Of a stretch of 18,069 nucleotides of DNA, positions 6,017 to 15,022 are shown piece after piece. Positions within the stretch are counted from its first letter, which is position 1; each line of letters begins with the position of its first letter. Source of the DNA: a virus (Duplodnaviria > Heunggongvirae > Uroviricota > Caudoviricetes); the IMG/VR virus record IMGVR_UViG_2675903352_000005; one strand, written 5' to 3'. The position numbers were made by a program, and so were the translations under genes. The notes beneath the pieces are model-generated. The model was not told the DNA's origin. It searched no databases and worked only from the letters and a program-made list of their open reading frames with translations.

Positions 6017-8116
6017 ATGGGTTTTTCATCAGCCCGAAATTTGGGAAGGGACATATCGGCAGGATTTTCCCCACCACGTCGCATGCCGATTTCGGAGGCT
6101 GTTAAAAAATTCATGCGTGTTCCCAAGGGGGCTGGTAACTCGGTGCCATGGGATCCTGAACTGACACCCTACATCATTGAGCCCATGAACTGCCTGGCAT
6201 CGCGTGAATACGATGCGGTGATTTTTGTTGGTCCTGCGCGAACAGGGAAGACCATTGGTCTGATCGATGGATGGATTGTCTATACCATCGTTTGCGATCC
6301 TTCGGACATGCTCGTTGTGCAGATGACCGAAGATAAGGCCCGCGAGCATTCTAAAAAGCGCCTCGACAGAACGTTCAGAAGCAGTGCGGCGGTAAAGAAA
6401 AGAATGAGTCCACGTCGTAACGACAATAATGTTCATGATAAGACGTTCAGGGATGGCTCGTTCCTTAAAATTGGTTGGCCCTCGGTCAACATTATGTCGT
6501 CGTCGGATTACCGGTTTGTCGCCTTAACCGATTACGACCGTTTTCCGGAGAATATCGACAGCGAGGGTGATGGTTTCTCCCTGGCCTCAAAACGTACCAC
6601 CACATTTATGTCCGCCGGGATGACTCTGGTGGAGAGCTCGCCGGGACGTGACATCTGCGACAGCAAATGGCGACGTAAGTCGCCTCATGAAGCGCCACCG
6701 ACGACTGGTATTCTTTCCCTTTACAATCGTGGTGACCGCCGCCGCTGGTACTGGCCATGTCCGCACTGCGGTGAATATTTTCAGCCAGCCATGGATGCCA
6801 TGACCGGCTACCGTAATGAACCGGATCCCTTTAAAGCCAGTGAGGCGGCGTATCTACTTTGCCCGCACTGCAGCGGCATTATCACTGCGGAGAAAAAGCG
6901 TGAGCTCAATAGTGCAGGAGTCTGGTTGCGTGAAGGTCAGGTCATTGATCGTAACGGCAACGTTTCCGGTGAACCGCGCCGCTCCCGTATCGCCAGTTTC
7001 TGGATGGAAGGGCCAGCTGCTGCGTATCAGACCTGGGCGCAACTGGTTTACAAATTACTGACTGCAGAACAGGAATACGAGACAACCGGAAGTGAAGAAA
7101 CACTCAAGACGGTTATCAATACCGACTGGGGATTACCTTATCTTCCTCGTGCCAGCATGGAGCAACGAAAAAGTGAATTGCTTGAGCAGCGGGCAGAGCC
7201 AGTTCCTTCCCGCAGTGTGCCGGATGGCGTTAATTTCCTTGTGGCGACAGTGGATGTGCAGGCGGGACGTCATCGCCGTTTTGTGGTTCAGGTAACGGGC
7301 TATGGCAGCCGTGGCGAACGCTGGATTATTGATCGTTACAACATCACGCAGTCATTGCGCGGTGACAGCGACGGGGAGAGCCAGCGAATTGATCCGGCCA
7401 GCTATCCGGAAGACTGGGATGTCCTGCTGACGGATGTTTTTCATAAAAGCTGGCCGCTGGCCTCCGATCCTTCTCAACAAATGCGACTGATGGCAATGGC
7501 GGTGGACTCCGGCGGTGAAGACGGGGTCACTGATAATGCCTATAAATTCTGGCGTCGTTGCCGTCGTGATGGCCTTGGTAAACGTATTTACCTGTTTAAG
7601 GGCGACAGCATCCGGCGCGCAAAACTGATCAGCCGTACATTCCCTGATAACACCGGACGAACGGGCCGACGGGCGCAGGCCGCAGGTGATGTGCCGCTCT
7701 GGCTTCTTCAGACGGATGCCCTGAAAGACCGGGTGAATAACGCGTTATGGCGTGACTCGCCAGGTCCCGGCTATGTGCATTTCCCTGACTGGCTGGGGAG
7801 CTGGTTTTACGACGAACTGACGTATGAAGAGCGGAGCAGTGACGGGAAATGGAGTAAACCGGGTCGCGGTGCCAACGAAGCTTTTGACCTGATGGTGTAT
7901 GCCGAGGCTCTGGTCATTCTGCATGGATACGAAAAGATCCGCTGGCCGGATGCACCGGAGTGGGCGAGCCGGGAAACCTGGCTGGAGTGTGTCCCGGACA
8001 GTACCGAACCGTCACCCTCACCGGAACCGGTATCCACGCCTGTTAAAAAACAAAAACGGAAGAAAACAGTAACTGACGATGTTAACCCCTGGCTGACTTC
8101 CGGAGGATGGTTATGA
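6017..8116 (+). CDS. Terminase large subunit, lambda gpA family (699 aa)
   Basis: AGGAGG precedes the ATG. Walker A-like GPARTGKT, paired CPHCG/CPHCS motifs as in lambda gpA, and a C-terminal nuclease-like region. Size and position fit. Confidence 0.9.
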   Translation: MGFSSARNLGRDISAGFSPPRRMPISEAVKKFMRVPKGAGNSVPWDPELTPYIIEPMNCLASREYDAVIFVGPARTGKTIGLIDGWIVYTIVCDPSDMLVVQMTEDKAREHSKKRLDRTFRSSAAVKKRMSPRRNDNNVHDKTFRDGSFLKIGWPSVNIMSSSDYRFVALTDYDRFPENIDSEGDGFSLASKRTTTFMSAGMTLVESSPGRDICDSKWRRKSPHEAPPTTGILSLYNRGDRRRWYWPCPHCGEYFQPAMDAMTGYRNEPDPFKASEAAYLLCPHCSGIITAEKKRELNSAGVWLREGQVIDRNGNVSGEPRRSRIASFWMEGPAAAYQTWAQLVYKLLTAEQEYETTGSEETLKTVINTDWGLPYLPRASMEQRKSELLEQRAEPVPSRSVPDGVNFLVATVDVQAGRHRRFVVQVTGYGSRGERWIIDRYNITQSLRGDSDGESQRIDPASYPEDWDVLLTDVFHKSWPLASDPSQQMRLMAMAVDSGGEDGVTDNAYKFWRRCRRDGLGKRIYLFKGDSIRRAKLISRTFPDNTGRTGRRAQAAGDVPLWLLQTDALKDRVNNALWRDSPGPGYVHFPDWLGSWFYDELTYEERSSDGKWSKPGRGANEAFDLMVYAEALVILHGYEKIRWPDAPEWASRETWLECVPDSTEPSPSPEPVSTPVKKQKRKKTVTDDVNPWLTSGGWL

Positions 8117-8325
8117 ATCAGAATGATATTGAAGCCATGATTCAGCGTTATACGGAAGCTGAAATGGCGGTGCTGGACGGAAAATCCGTCACTTTTAATG
8201 GTCAGCAGATGACCATGGAAAACTTATCTGAGATCCGGCAGGGGCGGCAGGAGTGGGAGCGCCGCCTTGCGGCTCTGATTACACGACGACGGGGGCATCC
8301 CGGGTACCGGCTGGCGAGGTTCTGA
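8113..8325 (+). CDS. W: Head-tail joining protein, gpW-like (70 aa)
   Basis: ATG 8113 overlaps the terminase stop (ATGA), with GGAGG 6 nt upstream. The C-terminal RRRGHPGYRLARF resembles the lambda W C-terminus (QRRRGPAGFYV). Lies between terminase and portal, as in lambda. Confidence 0.6.
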   Translation: MNQNDIEAMIQRYTEAEMAVLDGKSVTFNGQQMTMENLSEIRQGRQEWERRLAALITRRRGHPGYRLARF

Positions 8326-9833
8326 TGGCAATTCTTGATGATGTGATTGGCGTTTTTTCACCAGGATGGAAAGCGGCAAGGCTGCGTTCCCGTGCGGTGA
8401 TCCAGGCTTATGAGGCCGTAAAAACGACGCGGACACACAAAGCCCGACGGGAGAACCGAACTGCCGACCAGTTAAGCCAGTACGGGGCCGTGTCGTTACG
8501 TGAGCAGGCCCGTTACCTTGATAACAACCACGATCTGGTCATTGGTGTATTTGACAAGCTGGAAGAACGGGTGGTGGGGAAAAACGGGATTATTGTCGAG
8601 CCACATCCGGTATTACGCAATGGGGCCATTGCCCGTGATCTGGCAGCGGAGATACGCACCCGATGGAGTGAATGGTCTGTCAGTCCGGAAGTCACCGGGC
8701 AGTTTACCCGTCCGATGCTGGAACGTCTGATGCTGCGTACCTGGCTGCGCGATGGTGAGGTGTTTGCCCAGATGGTTTCCGGGCGCATAAACAGCCTGAC
8801 GCCTTCTGCCGGTGTTCATTTCTGGCTGGAGGCGCTCGAGCCGGACTTTATTCCCATGACCAGTGATGAGAGCAACAGGCTGAATCAGGGCGTGTTTGTT
8901 GATGACTGGGGGCGTCCCGAAAAATATCTGGTGTATAAAAGCCGTCCCGTATCCGGACGGCAGATGGAAACCAAAGAAGTGGATGCAGAGCGAATGCTGC
9001 ATCTTAAATTTGTTCGCCGTCTGCACCAGATGCGCGGGACGTCTTTATTGTCCGGTGTGCTGATCCGCCTCAGCGCCCTGAAAGAGTATGAAGATTCTGA
9101 GCTGACTGCAGCAAGGATCGCCGCTGCTCTGGGGATGTACATCCGGAAAGGCGACGGACAGAGCTATGAAACGGATGGTAATGACAGCAAGGAGAATGAA
9201 CGCGAGCTTACCATTCAGCCAGGCATTATTTACGACGATCTGAAACCCGGCGAAGAAATCGGAATGGTGAAGTCGGATCGTCCCAATCCTAACCTTGAAA
9301 CTTTTCGTAATGGTCAGTTGCGTGCCGTGGCGGCGGGCAGTCGTCTGAGTTTTTCCAGTACGGCACGCAACTATAACGGCACTTACAGCGCCCAGCGTCA
9401 GGAACTGGTTGAGTCTACTGATGGCTACCTGATCCTGCAGGACTGGTTTATTGGTGCCGTCACCCGCCCGATGTATCGTGCCTGGCTGAAACAGGCTGTG
9501 GCATCCGGTGTTATCAGGCTACCCCGCGATCTTGACCGTTCTTCACTGTATACCGCGGTGTATTCCGGACCAGTGATGCCGTGGATTGACCCTGTTAAGG
9601 AGGCTGAGGCCTGGAAAATCCAGATTCGTGGTGGAGCGGCGACAGAATCAGACTGGGTACGTGCTGGTGGTCGTAATCCGGATGATGTCAAACGTCGGCG
9701 CAAGGCCGAAATTGATGAAAACCGCAAGCTGGATCTGGTATTTGATACCGATCCGGCCAGTGATAAAGGAGGCAGCAGTGCCGCAACGAAACGACAGGAG
9801 CCGCAGCACACCGACGACCAGTCCGAAGAATAA
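8325..9833 (+). CDS. Portal protein (502 aa)
   Basis: ATG 8325 overlaps the W stop (TGATG); the track extension from 8253 lacks a plausible start context. Size and position between W and the protease/capsid gene are typical of lambda-family portals. Confidence 0.85.
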   Translation: MAILDDVIGVFSPGWKAARLRSRAVIQAYEAVKTTRTHKARRENRTADQLSQYGAVSLREQARYLDNNHDLVIGVFDKLEERVVGKNGIIVEPHPVLRNGAIARDLAAEIRTRWSEWSVSPEVTGQFTRPMLERLMLRTWLRDGEVFAQMVSGRINSLTPSAGVHFWLEALEPDFIPMTSDESNRLNQGVFVDDWGRPEKYLVYKSRPVSGRQMETKEVDAERMLHLKFVRRLHQMRGTSLLSGVLIRLSALKEYEDSELTAARIAAALGMYIRKGDGQSYETDGNDSKENERELTIQPGIIYDDLKPGEEIGMVKSDRPNPNLETFRNGQLRAVAAGSRLSFSSTARNYNGTYSAQRQELVESTDGYLILQDWFIGAVTRPMYRAWLKQAVASGVIRLPRDLDRSSLYTAVYSGPVMPWIDPVKEAEAWKIQIRGGAATESDWVRAGGRNPDDVKRRRKAEIDENRKLDLVFDTDPASDKGGSSAATKRQEPQHTDDQSEE

Positions 9834-9846
9834 TTCCTGGTTCAGG

Positions 9847-11805
9847 ATGCAGGCTGGTCACCAGAGTGACGCGGATATTTATATTTATGACGAGATTGGT
9901 TTCTGGGGTGTTACAGCGAAGCAGTTTATCAGTGATCTGAATGCACTGGGCGATATCACCCACATTAATCTTCATATTAATTCACCGGGTGGCGATGTCT
10001 TTGAAGGCATCGCCATTTTTAATGCACTGAAAACACATGGTGCGTCCATTACCGTTTATGTCGACGGTGTGGCGGCGTCAATGGCGTCGGTCATTGCGAT
10101 GGTGGGAAACCCGGTCATTATGCCGGAAAACACTTTCATGATGATTCATAAACCATTTGGCTTTACGGGCGGTGATGCGGAGGACATGCGCACCTATGCC
10201 GACCTGCTCGATAAAGTTGAGGCGGTTCTGTTACCCGCTTATGCACAGAAAACCGGGAAAACCACCGATGAAATTGCTGCCATGCTGGCGGATGAGACCT
10301 GGATGTCCGGTGCCGAATGTCTGGCACATGGATTTGCTGATCAGGTAACGCCAGCCGTTAAGGCAATGGCATGTATTCAGTCAAAACGTACAGAGGAATT
10401 TAAAAAGATGCCGGAATCCATTCGAAACATGATTACTCCGCCACGCAACAGTGCTCCACGCGTACAGGATGATGAACCTGCAGCCTCCCGGACGCCAGTG
10501 CAGGCAGCAGCACCCGTGGTGGATGAAAACAGTATCCGTGCGCAGGTACTGGCAGAGCAAAAAGCGCGTGTAAACGGTATTAATGATCTGTTTGCCATGT
10601 TTGGCGGGCGTTATCAGACGCTGCAGGCTCAGTGTCTTGCCGATCCTGAATGTTCGCTGGAGCAGGCCCGCGAAAAGCTGTTGAACGAGATGGGGCGCGA
10701 GTCCACGCCATCCAATAAAAATACCCCGGCTCATATTTATGCCGGTAACGGTAATTTTGTGGGGGACGGGATCCGCCAGGCGCTGATGGCGCGTGCCGGA
10801 TTTGAAAAAACCGAACGTGATAATGTCTACAACGGGATGACCCTGCGTGAATATGCCCGTATGTCACTGACTGAACGGGGTATTGGGGTTTCCAGTTATA
10901 ACCCGATGCAGATGGTCGGTGCGGCGTTCACACACAGTACGTCTGACTTCGGTAATATTCTGCTGGATGTTGCGAACAAAGCCATTCTGCAGGGCTGGGA
11001 AGATGCCCCTGAAACCTATGAACAGTGGACGCGGAAAGGTCAGTTGTCTGATTTTAAAATTGCCCATCGTGTGGGTATGGGGGGCTTCAGTGCTCTGCGT
11101 CAGGTGCGTGAAGGGGCGGAATATAAATACGTCACCACCGGAGATAAACAGGCCACTATTGCACTGGCGACCTATGGCGAGCTGTTCAGTATCACCCGTC
11201 AGGCCATTATCAATGATGATCTGAATATGCTGACCGATGTCCCGATGAAGCTGGGCCGTGCGGCGAAATCCACTATTGCCGATCTGGTTTATGCCATTCT
11301 GACGTCTAACCCGAAAATCTCCACAGATAATGTAAGTCTGTTCGATAAAGCGAAACATGCAAACGTACTGGAGAGCGCTGCAATGGACGTGGCATCGCTG
11401 GATAAAGCCCGCCAGTTGATGCGCGTTCAGAAAGAGGGGGAGCGTCATCTGAATATTCGTCCTGCGTTCGTACTGGTACCGACGGCGATGGAGTCTGTTG
11501 CTAACCAGGTCATTCGCTCCTCAAGTGTCAAGGGGGCTGACATTAACGCCGGTATTATTAACCCGGTGAAAGATTTTGCGACCGTTATTGCAGAGCCTCG
11601 TCTTGATGATAACAGCCAGACCACCTTCTACCTGGCTGCGTCAAAAGGCTCCGATACGATTGAAGTGGCTTATCTCAACGGTGTGGATACGCCATATATT
11701 GATCAGATGGAGGGCTTCAGTGTGGATGGCGTGACAACGAAAGTGCGTATTGACGCCGGTGTCGCGCCAGTTGATCACCGCGGTCTGGTGAAATGTACGG
11801 CGTAA
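9847..11805 (+). CDS. Prohead protease (ClpP/S14-like), scaffold-like linker and major capsid protein fused in one ORF (about 652 aa)
   Basis: The N-terminal domain has ClpP-like motifs (NSPGGDV, catalytic-Ser context GVAASMASV, His context MIHKP). A charged, Pro/Ala/Gln-rich linker is followed by a roughly 400-aa capsid-like domain. The start is uncertain: ATG 9847 has a weak ribosome-binding site, and in-frame ATGs lie upstream inside the portal gene (e.g. 9715). Confidence 0.8.
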   Translation: MQAGHQSDADIYIYDEIGFWGVTAKQFISDLNALGDITHINLHINSPGGDVFEGIAIFNALKTHGASITVYVDGVAASMASVIAMVGNPVIMPENTFMMIHKPFGFTGGDAEDMRTYADLLDKVEAVLLPAYAQKTGKTTDEIAAMLADETWMSGAECLAHGFADQVTPAVKAMACIQSKRTEEFKKMPESIRNMITPPRNSAPRVQDDEPAASRTPVQAAAPVVDENSIRAQVLAEQKARVNGINDLFAMFGGRYQTLQAQCLADPECSLEQAREKLLNEMGRESTPSNKNTPAHIYAGNGNFVGDGIRQALMARAGFEKTERDNVYNGMTLREYARMSLTERGIGVSSYNPMQMVGAAFTHSTSDFGNILLDVANKAILQGWEDAPETYEQWTRKGQLSDFKIAHRVGMGGFSALRQVREGAEYKYVTTGDKQATIALATYGELFSITRQAIINDDLNMLTDVPMKLGRAAKSTIADLVYAILTSNPKISTDNVSLFDKAKHANVLESAAMDVASLDKARQLMRVQKEGERHLNIRPAFVLVPTAMESVANQVIRSSSVKGADINAGIINPVKDFATVIAEPRLDDNSQTTFYLAASKGSDTIEVAYLNGVDTPYIDQMEGFSVDGVTTKVRIDAGVAPVDHRGLVKCTA

Positions 11806-11828
11806 ACGTCGCAGACAACAACTCTGAT

Positions 11829-11848
11829 GGCCCGTAAGGGCTTTTTTT
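11829..11848 (+). terminator. Weak terminator or attenuator hairpin after the capsid gene
   Basis: Short stem GCCC-(gtaa)-GGGC followed by seven T. A second 7-bp hairpin CAGCCCC-(tgaac)-GGGGCTG at 11860-11878 abuts the ribosome-binding site of the next gene. Confidence 0.4.
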
Positions 11849-11891
11849 GTACCTGAAATCAGCCCCTGAACGGGGCTGTGCGGAGACAGTT

Positions 11892-12215
11892 ATGGCAAAG
11901 AATTTTGTAGAAGAAGGAAAAACGGTGGCGATTGTTGCCAGTGCAGCCATCAGCAGCGGAGATCTGGTGCAGGTGGGTGATGTTTTTGCGGTGGCGCTGA
12001 CCGATATTCCACAGGGTGAAACAGGCGACGGCATGACCGAAGGTGTGTTTATGCTGCCTAAGCTGAAAACGGATGATATGAAAACGGGTAAGAAGGTTTA
12101 TCTGAAGTCTGGAAAAGTTCAGCTGACTAACAGCGGCTCTGATCCGCTGGTCGGGGTTGTCTGGGCAGATGCCGGAACCAGTGCAGAAGAAGTGCCGGTA
12201 AAACTCAATGTCTGA
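11892..12215 (+). CDS. Small head-associated protein (107 aa), possible decoration / DUF2190-like protein
   Basis: GGAG sits 7 nt upstream of ATG 11892; the track start at 11847 is an unsupported extension. Lies directly after the capsid gene, with a Gly/Val-rich beta-type composition. Function inferred from position only. Confidence 0.55.
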   Translation: MAKNFVEEGKTVAIVASAAISSGDLVQVGDVFAVALTDIPQGETGDGMTEGVFMLPKLKTDDMKTGKKVYLKSGKVQLTNSGSDPLVGVVWADAGTSAEEVPVKLNV

Positions 12216-12483
12216 TCCCTTTTCCCGGCTGACAGCGCGTATGGATGCGATCACGGTCAGAAAGATGGGAAAGACAGCCTCGATTAATGATGTCGATATG
12301 ACTGTGATCCCGGGAGAAACACTGGCAGAACTGAATGCTCTGTCCGGACCTGCGGTCTCTCTGGTGGTGTTTTCTTCGGGATACCGCCCACGGCGCGGGG
12401 ATCGCGTTGTTTATGACGGACAACAATGGACGGTCACACGGCATGAACGCTTTAACGGTAAGCCAATGATCTTTATTGAGTAA
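12208..12483 (+). CDS. Head-tail connector / head completion protein (91 aa)
   Basis: ATG overlaps the preceding stop (ATGTCTGA). Size and position between head and tail genes fit small adaptor proteins. Function is inferred from synteny. Confidence 0.55.
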   Translation: MSDPFSRLTARMDAITVRKMGKTASINDVDMTVIPGETLAELNALSGPAVSLVVFSSGYRPRRGDRVVYDGQQWTVTRHERFNGKPMIFIE

Positions 12484-12494
12484 AGAGGTGTGGG

Positions 12495-13085
12495 ATGAAG
12501 GGGCTTGAGAATGCCATCCGCAATCTGAACAGCCTTGATACCCGTATGGTGCCACAGGCCAGCGCATGGGCGATAAACCGTGTGGCACAGAAAGCGGTCT
12601 CGGTTGCCACCCGGCAGGTTGCCGGGAATACCGTTGCGGGAGATAACCAGGTGAAAGGGATCCCCCTGAAACTGGTACGTCAGCGTGTCCGGGTGTTTAA
12701 AGCCAGTCCGTCAGGAAAAATGACGGCCAGGATCCGCGTTAACCGGGGCAATCTGCCCGCCATCAAACTGAACACAACACGGCGGCGTGCTGGTGAAGGA
12801 CTGAGAGTGGGAAAATACTTTTTCCGGGGGGCATTTGTTCAGCAACTGGCGAATGGCCGCTGGCATGTTCTGAGGCGTCTTCCTGAAGCGCGTTTTGCAA
12901 CAGGGCATGACCATCAGGGCAGGCCAAGGAAAAATCGTCTTCCTGTGGAGGTAGTGAAAATCCCGCTGTCCGGACCGCTGACACAGGCATTTGAAGATGC
13001 CCGCGACCGCATCATTGCTGCGGAAATGCCGAAACAACTGGGGTATGCACTGAAACAACAACTGAGATTATGGCTGACCCGATGA
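12495..13085 (+). CDS. Z: Minor tail protein, gpZ-like (196 aa)
   Basis: AGAGGTG precedes the ATG. Basic protein of gpZ size, located immediately upstream of a clear U homologue. Confidence 0.65.
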   Translation: MKGLENAIRNLNSLDTRMVPQASAWAINRVAQKAVSVATRQVAGNTVAGDNQVKGIPLKLVRQRVRVFKASPSGKMTARIRVNRGNLPAIKLNTTRRRAGEGLRVGKYFFRGAFVQQLANGRWHVLRRLPEARFATGHDHQGRPRKNRLPVEVVKIPLSGPLTQAFEDARDRIIAAEMPKQLGYALKQQLRLWLTR

Positions 13086-13483
13086 ACCGACATACACAAA
13101 TCCGCCAGGTCGTACTGGCACGCCTTCGGGAACAGTGTGGAGACAGCGCCACGTTTTTTGACGGGCTTCCGGCATTTATTGATGCGCAGGAACTGCCTGC
13201 CGTGGCGGTGTGGCTGAGTGATGCTCAGTACACCGGAAAAATGACGGATGAAGATGACTGGCAGGCTGTTCTGCATATTGCCGTTTTCATCCGGGCACAG
13301 GCACCGGATTCAGAGCTGGATATGTGGATGGAGAGCACCATTTTCCCGGCTCTGAATGATGTACCGGCACTTTCCGGACTCATTGACACCCTGATCCCAC
13401 TCGGTTTTAACTATCAACGTGATAATGAGATGGCCACCTGGGCGATGGCGGAAATCACGTACCAGATCACGTACACGAATTAA
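13082..13483 (+). CDS. U: Minor tail protein U, tail terminator (133 aa)
   Basis: Strong similarity to lambda U as recalled (ATFFDG.PA..D...FPAVAV.L..A.YTG...D.D.WQA.LHI.VF..AQ.PDSELD.WMES.I.P...D.PALS.LI). ATG 13082 overlaps the Z stop (ATGA); the track start at 13070 is an alternative. Confidence 0.85.
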   Translation: MNRHTQIRQVVLARLREQCGDSATFFDGLPAFIDAQELPAVAVWLSDAQYTGKMTDEDDWQAVLHIAVFIRAQAPDSELDMWMESTIFPALNDVPALSGLIDTLIPLGFNYQRDNEMATWAMAEITYQITYTN

Positions 13484-13493
13484 GGAGGTGGTA

Positions 13494-14237
13494 ATGACCA
13501 CACCAAATCCACTGGCAAAGACGAAAGGTGCGGGGACGACGTTCTGGATGTATACCGGCAACGGCGATGCGTTTGCGAACCCTTTGTCGGACACTGACTG
13601 GCTGCGTCTTGCGATGGTGAAGGATCTGCAACCTGGCGAAATGACCGCTGATGCAGAAGATGACACTTATCTCGATGATGAGGATGCAGACTGGAAAACG
13701 ACAACCCAGGGGCAGAAATCCGTTGGTGATACTTCGGCGACGCTGGCCTGGCGTCCGGGTGACAGCGGGCAGAAAAAACTGGTTCAGTTGTTCGACTCCG
13801 GTGAAGTCTGCGCGTTTCGTATCAAATATCCCAACGGTACTGTTGATGTTTTCCGCGGCTGGCTGAGCTCACTGGGTAAAACCATTGCCTCAAAAGACGT
13901 GATGACCCGCACTGTGAAAATCAGCGGTGTGGGGCGTCCGTATCTGGCAGAGGAAGGCACTGAAACCGTGAGCGTTACCGGGCTGACGGTGGCACCGGCA
14001 TCTGCCAGTGTAAAAGTGGGAGCAACCACCACGCTGACCTTTGCAGTAAAACCTGACGGAGCCAGTGACAAAGCGATCAGTGTGCATTCGACAGATCCAC
14101 AGACTGCCACGGTGACCCTGAACGGGCTTGTGGCCACGGTGAAAGGCGTGAAGCAGGGCAGTGTCAGCATTGTGGGCATGACTTCTGACGGCGATTTTGT
14201 GGCAGTGGCTACGGTGGCTGTCAGCGCCGCAGGTTAA
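13494..14237 (+). CDS. V: Major tail protein V with C-terminal Ig-like domain (247 aa)
   Basis: AAGGAGG sits 5 nt upstream of ATG 13494. Near-collinear similarity to lambda V (KGAGTT.W.Y.G.GD..ANPLSD.DW.RLA.VKDL.PGE.TA...DD.YLDDEDADW...QGQKS.GDTS.TLAW.PG). The C-terminal 90 aa or so is Thr/Val/Ser-rich, like lambda V's Ig-like domain. Confidence 0.9.
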   Translation: MTTPNPLAKTKGAGTTFWMYTGNGDAFANPLSDTDWLRLAMVKDLQPGEMTADAEDDTYLDDEDADWKTTTQGQKSVGDTSATLAWRPGDSGQKKLVQLFDSGEVCAFRIKYPNGTVDVFRGWLSSLGKTIASKDVMTRTVKISGVGRPYLAEEGTETVSVTGLTVAPASASVKVGATTTLTFAVKPDGASDKAISVHSTDPQTATVTLNGLVATVKGVKQGSVSIVGMTSDGDFVAVATVAVSAAG

Positions 14238-14257
14238 CAGGACGATACTCATCATTT

Positions 14258-14281
14258 GCCCCGGTTATCCGGGGCTTTTTT
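14258..14281 (+). terminator. Rho-independent terminator-like hairpin after V
   Basis: 7-bp stem GCCCCGG-(ttat)-CCGGGGC followed by six T, just upstream of the G ribosome-binding site. Probably partial termination that lowers expression of downstream tail genes. Confidence 0.5.
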
Positions 14282-14294
14282 GCAGGTGGAGAAC

Positions 14295-14684
14295 ATGATG
14301 TTTCTGAAACAGGGCACGTTTAATTATGAAAAGCAGTCCGTGGTGCTCAGTGAGCTGTCCGGGCTGCAGAGAATTGAATATCTGGCGTTTGTTCAGCAGC
14401 GAACGGCAAAGTTTGATGCCGAAGAGGGAGAACTGCCGGAGGCTGAACGACAGATTGCTTTTCTGCGGATGGGGATGGATATCAATGCCTGGCTGGTTTC
14501 CCGCTCACTGTGGAATGCGGAACAGTCTCAGGATGTTGAGACGCTTTGCGCATCCGTTATTACAACATGGTCGTATGATGCCCTGGGAGCGGGGGCGGAG
14601 ATGGTTCTGTCGCTGAGCGGTATGGGTGCCATTGAGAATGCCGGGGATCTGGAGCATGAGGTGCTGACGCCGGAAAAGTCCTGA
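14295..14684 (+). CDS. G: Tail assembly chaperone G (129 aa)
   Basis: GGTGGAG precedes ATG 14295. The N-terminus MFLKQGTFNYEKQSVVLSELSGLQRIEYLAF matches lambda G (MFLK...VTLSELSALQRIEHLA). Confidence 0.85.
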   Translation: MMFLKQGTFNYEKQSVVLSELSGLQRIEYLAFVQQRTAKFDAEEGELPEAERQIAFLRMGMDINAWLVSRSLWNAEQSQDVETLCASVITTWSYDALGAGAEMVLSLSGMGAIENAGDLEHEVLTPEKS

Positions 14685-15022
14685 CGCGGGAAATGCAGTT
14701 TGTCATGCGGCTTGCCCGGGAGTTCCGGCGGGCAGACTGGCGGCGGATGCTGTCGGAAATGTCGGCCACTGAGCTTGGTGAGTGGGGCGATTATTTCCGG
14801 ATGCAGAGCTTCAGTGATGTGTGGATGGATGCGCAGTTTGCCTCGCTGAAGGCATTGATCGTGAGAATGGTGTCCGGCAGCAGTGATGCTGCGGTGGCTG
14901 ATTTCAGCCTTTTACCGGAAGAGAACGGGATACCGGAGCGAACGGACGAAGAACTGATGCATCTTGGGGAAGGTATTTCCGGAGGTGTGCGTTATGGACC
15001 AGATAGCCAACCTGGTCATTGA
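14295..15022 (+). CDS. T: Tail assembly chaperone G-T fusion, made by a programmed -1 ribosomal frameshift near 14672-14678
   Basis: The -1 frame is open from 14636 to 15022 and encodes a lambda T-like sequence (LAREF.R.DWR.ML..MS.TE...W..YF...SF.D...D..F..L............D.A..DFSLL.......E.TDEE.M....G...GVRYGP). The only slip-prone heptamer in the overlap is G_GAA_AAG (14672-14678), one nucleotide away from lambda's G_GGA_AAG. Confidence 0.7.

Noticed and set aside
8253-8324. N-terminal extensions given by the ORF track for the portal (8253), the capsid fusion (9586), V (13419), G (14256), the tape measure (14964) and the holin (2690)
   Set aside because: Each extension overlaps the upstream gene or a terminator hairpin and lacks a Shine-Dalgarno sequence, whereas an internal ATG with a good ribosome-binding site and/or an ATGA overlap gives a protein that aligns with the lambda homologue's N-terminus. 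I trimmed these six; the same reasoning also moved the Q-like, Rz1, small terminase, W, small head protein and U starts in the feature list.
10864-11448. 194-aa ORF on the minus strand inside the capsid gene
   Set aside because: It lies entirely antisense to a well-supported protease/capsid ORF, has no ribosome-binding site, and its composition mirrors the sense gene. It is a shadow ORF.
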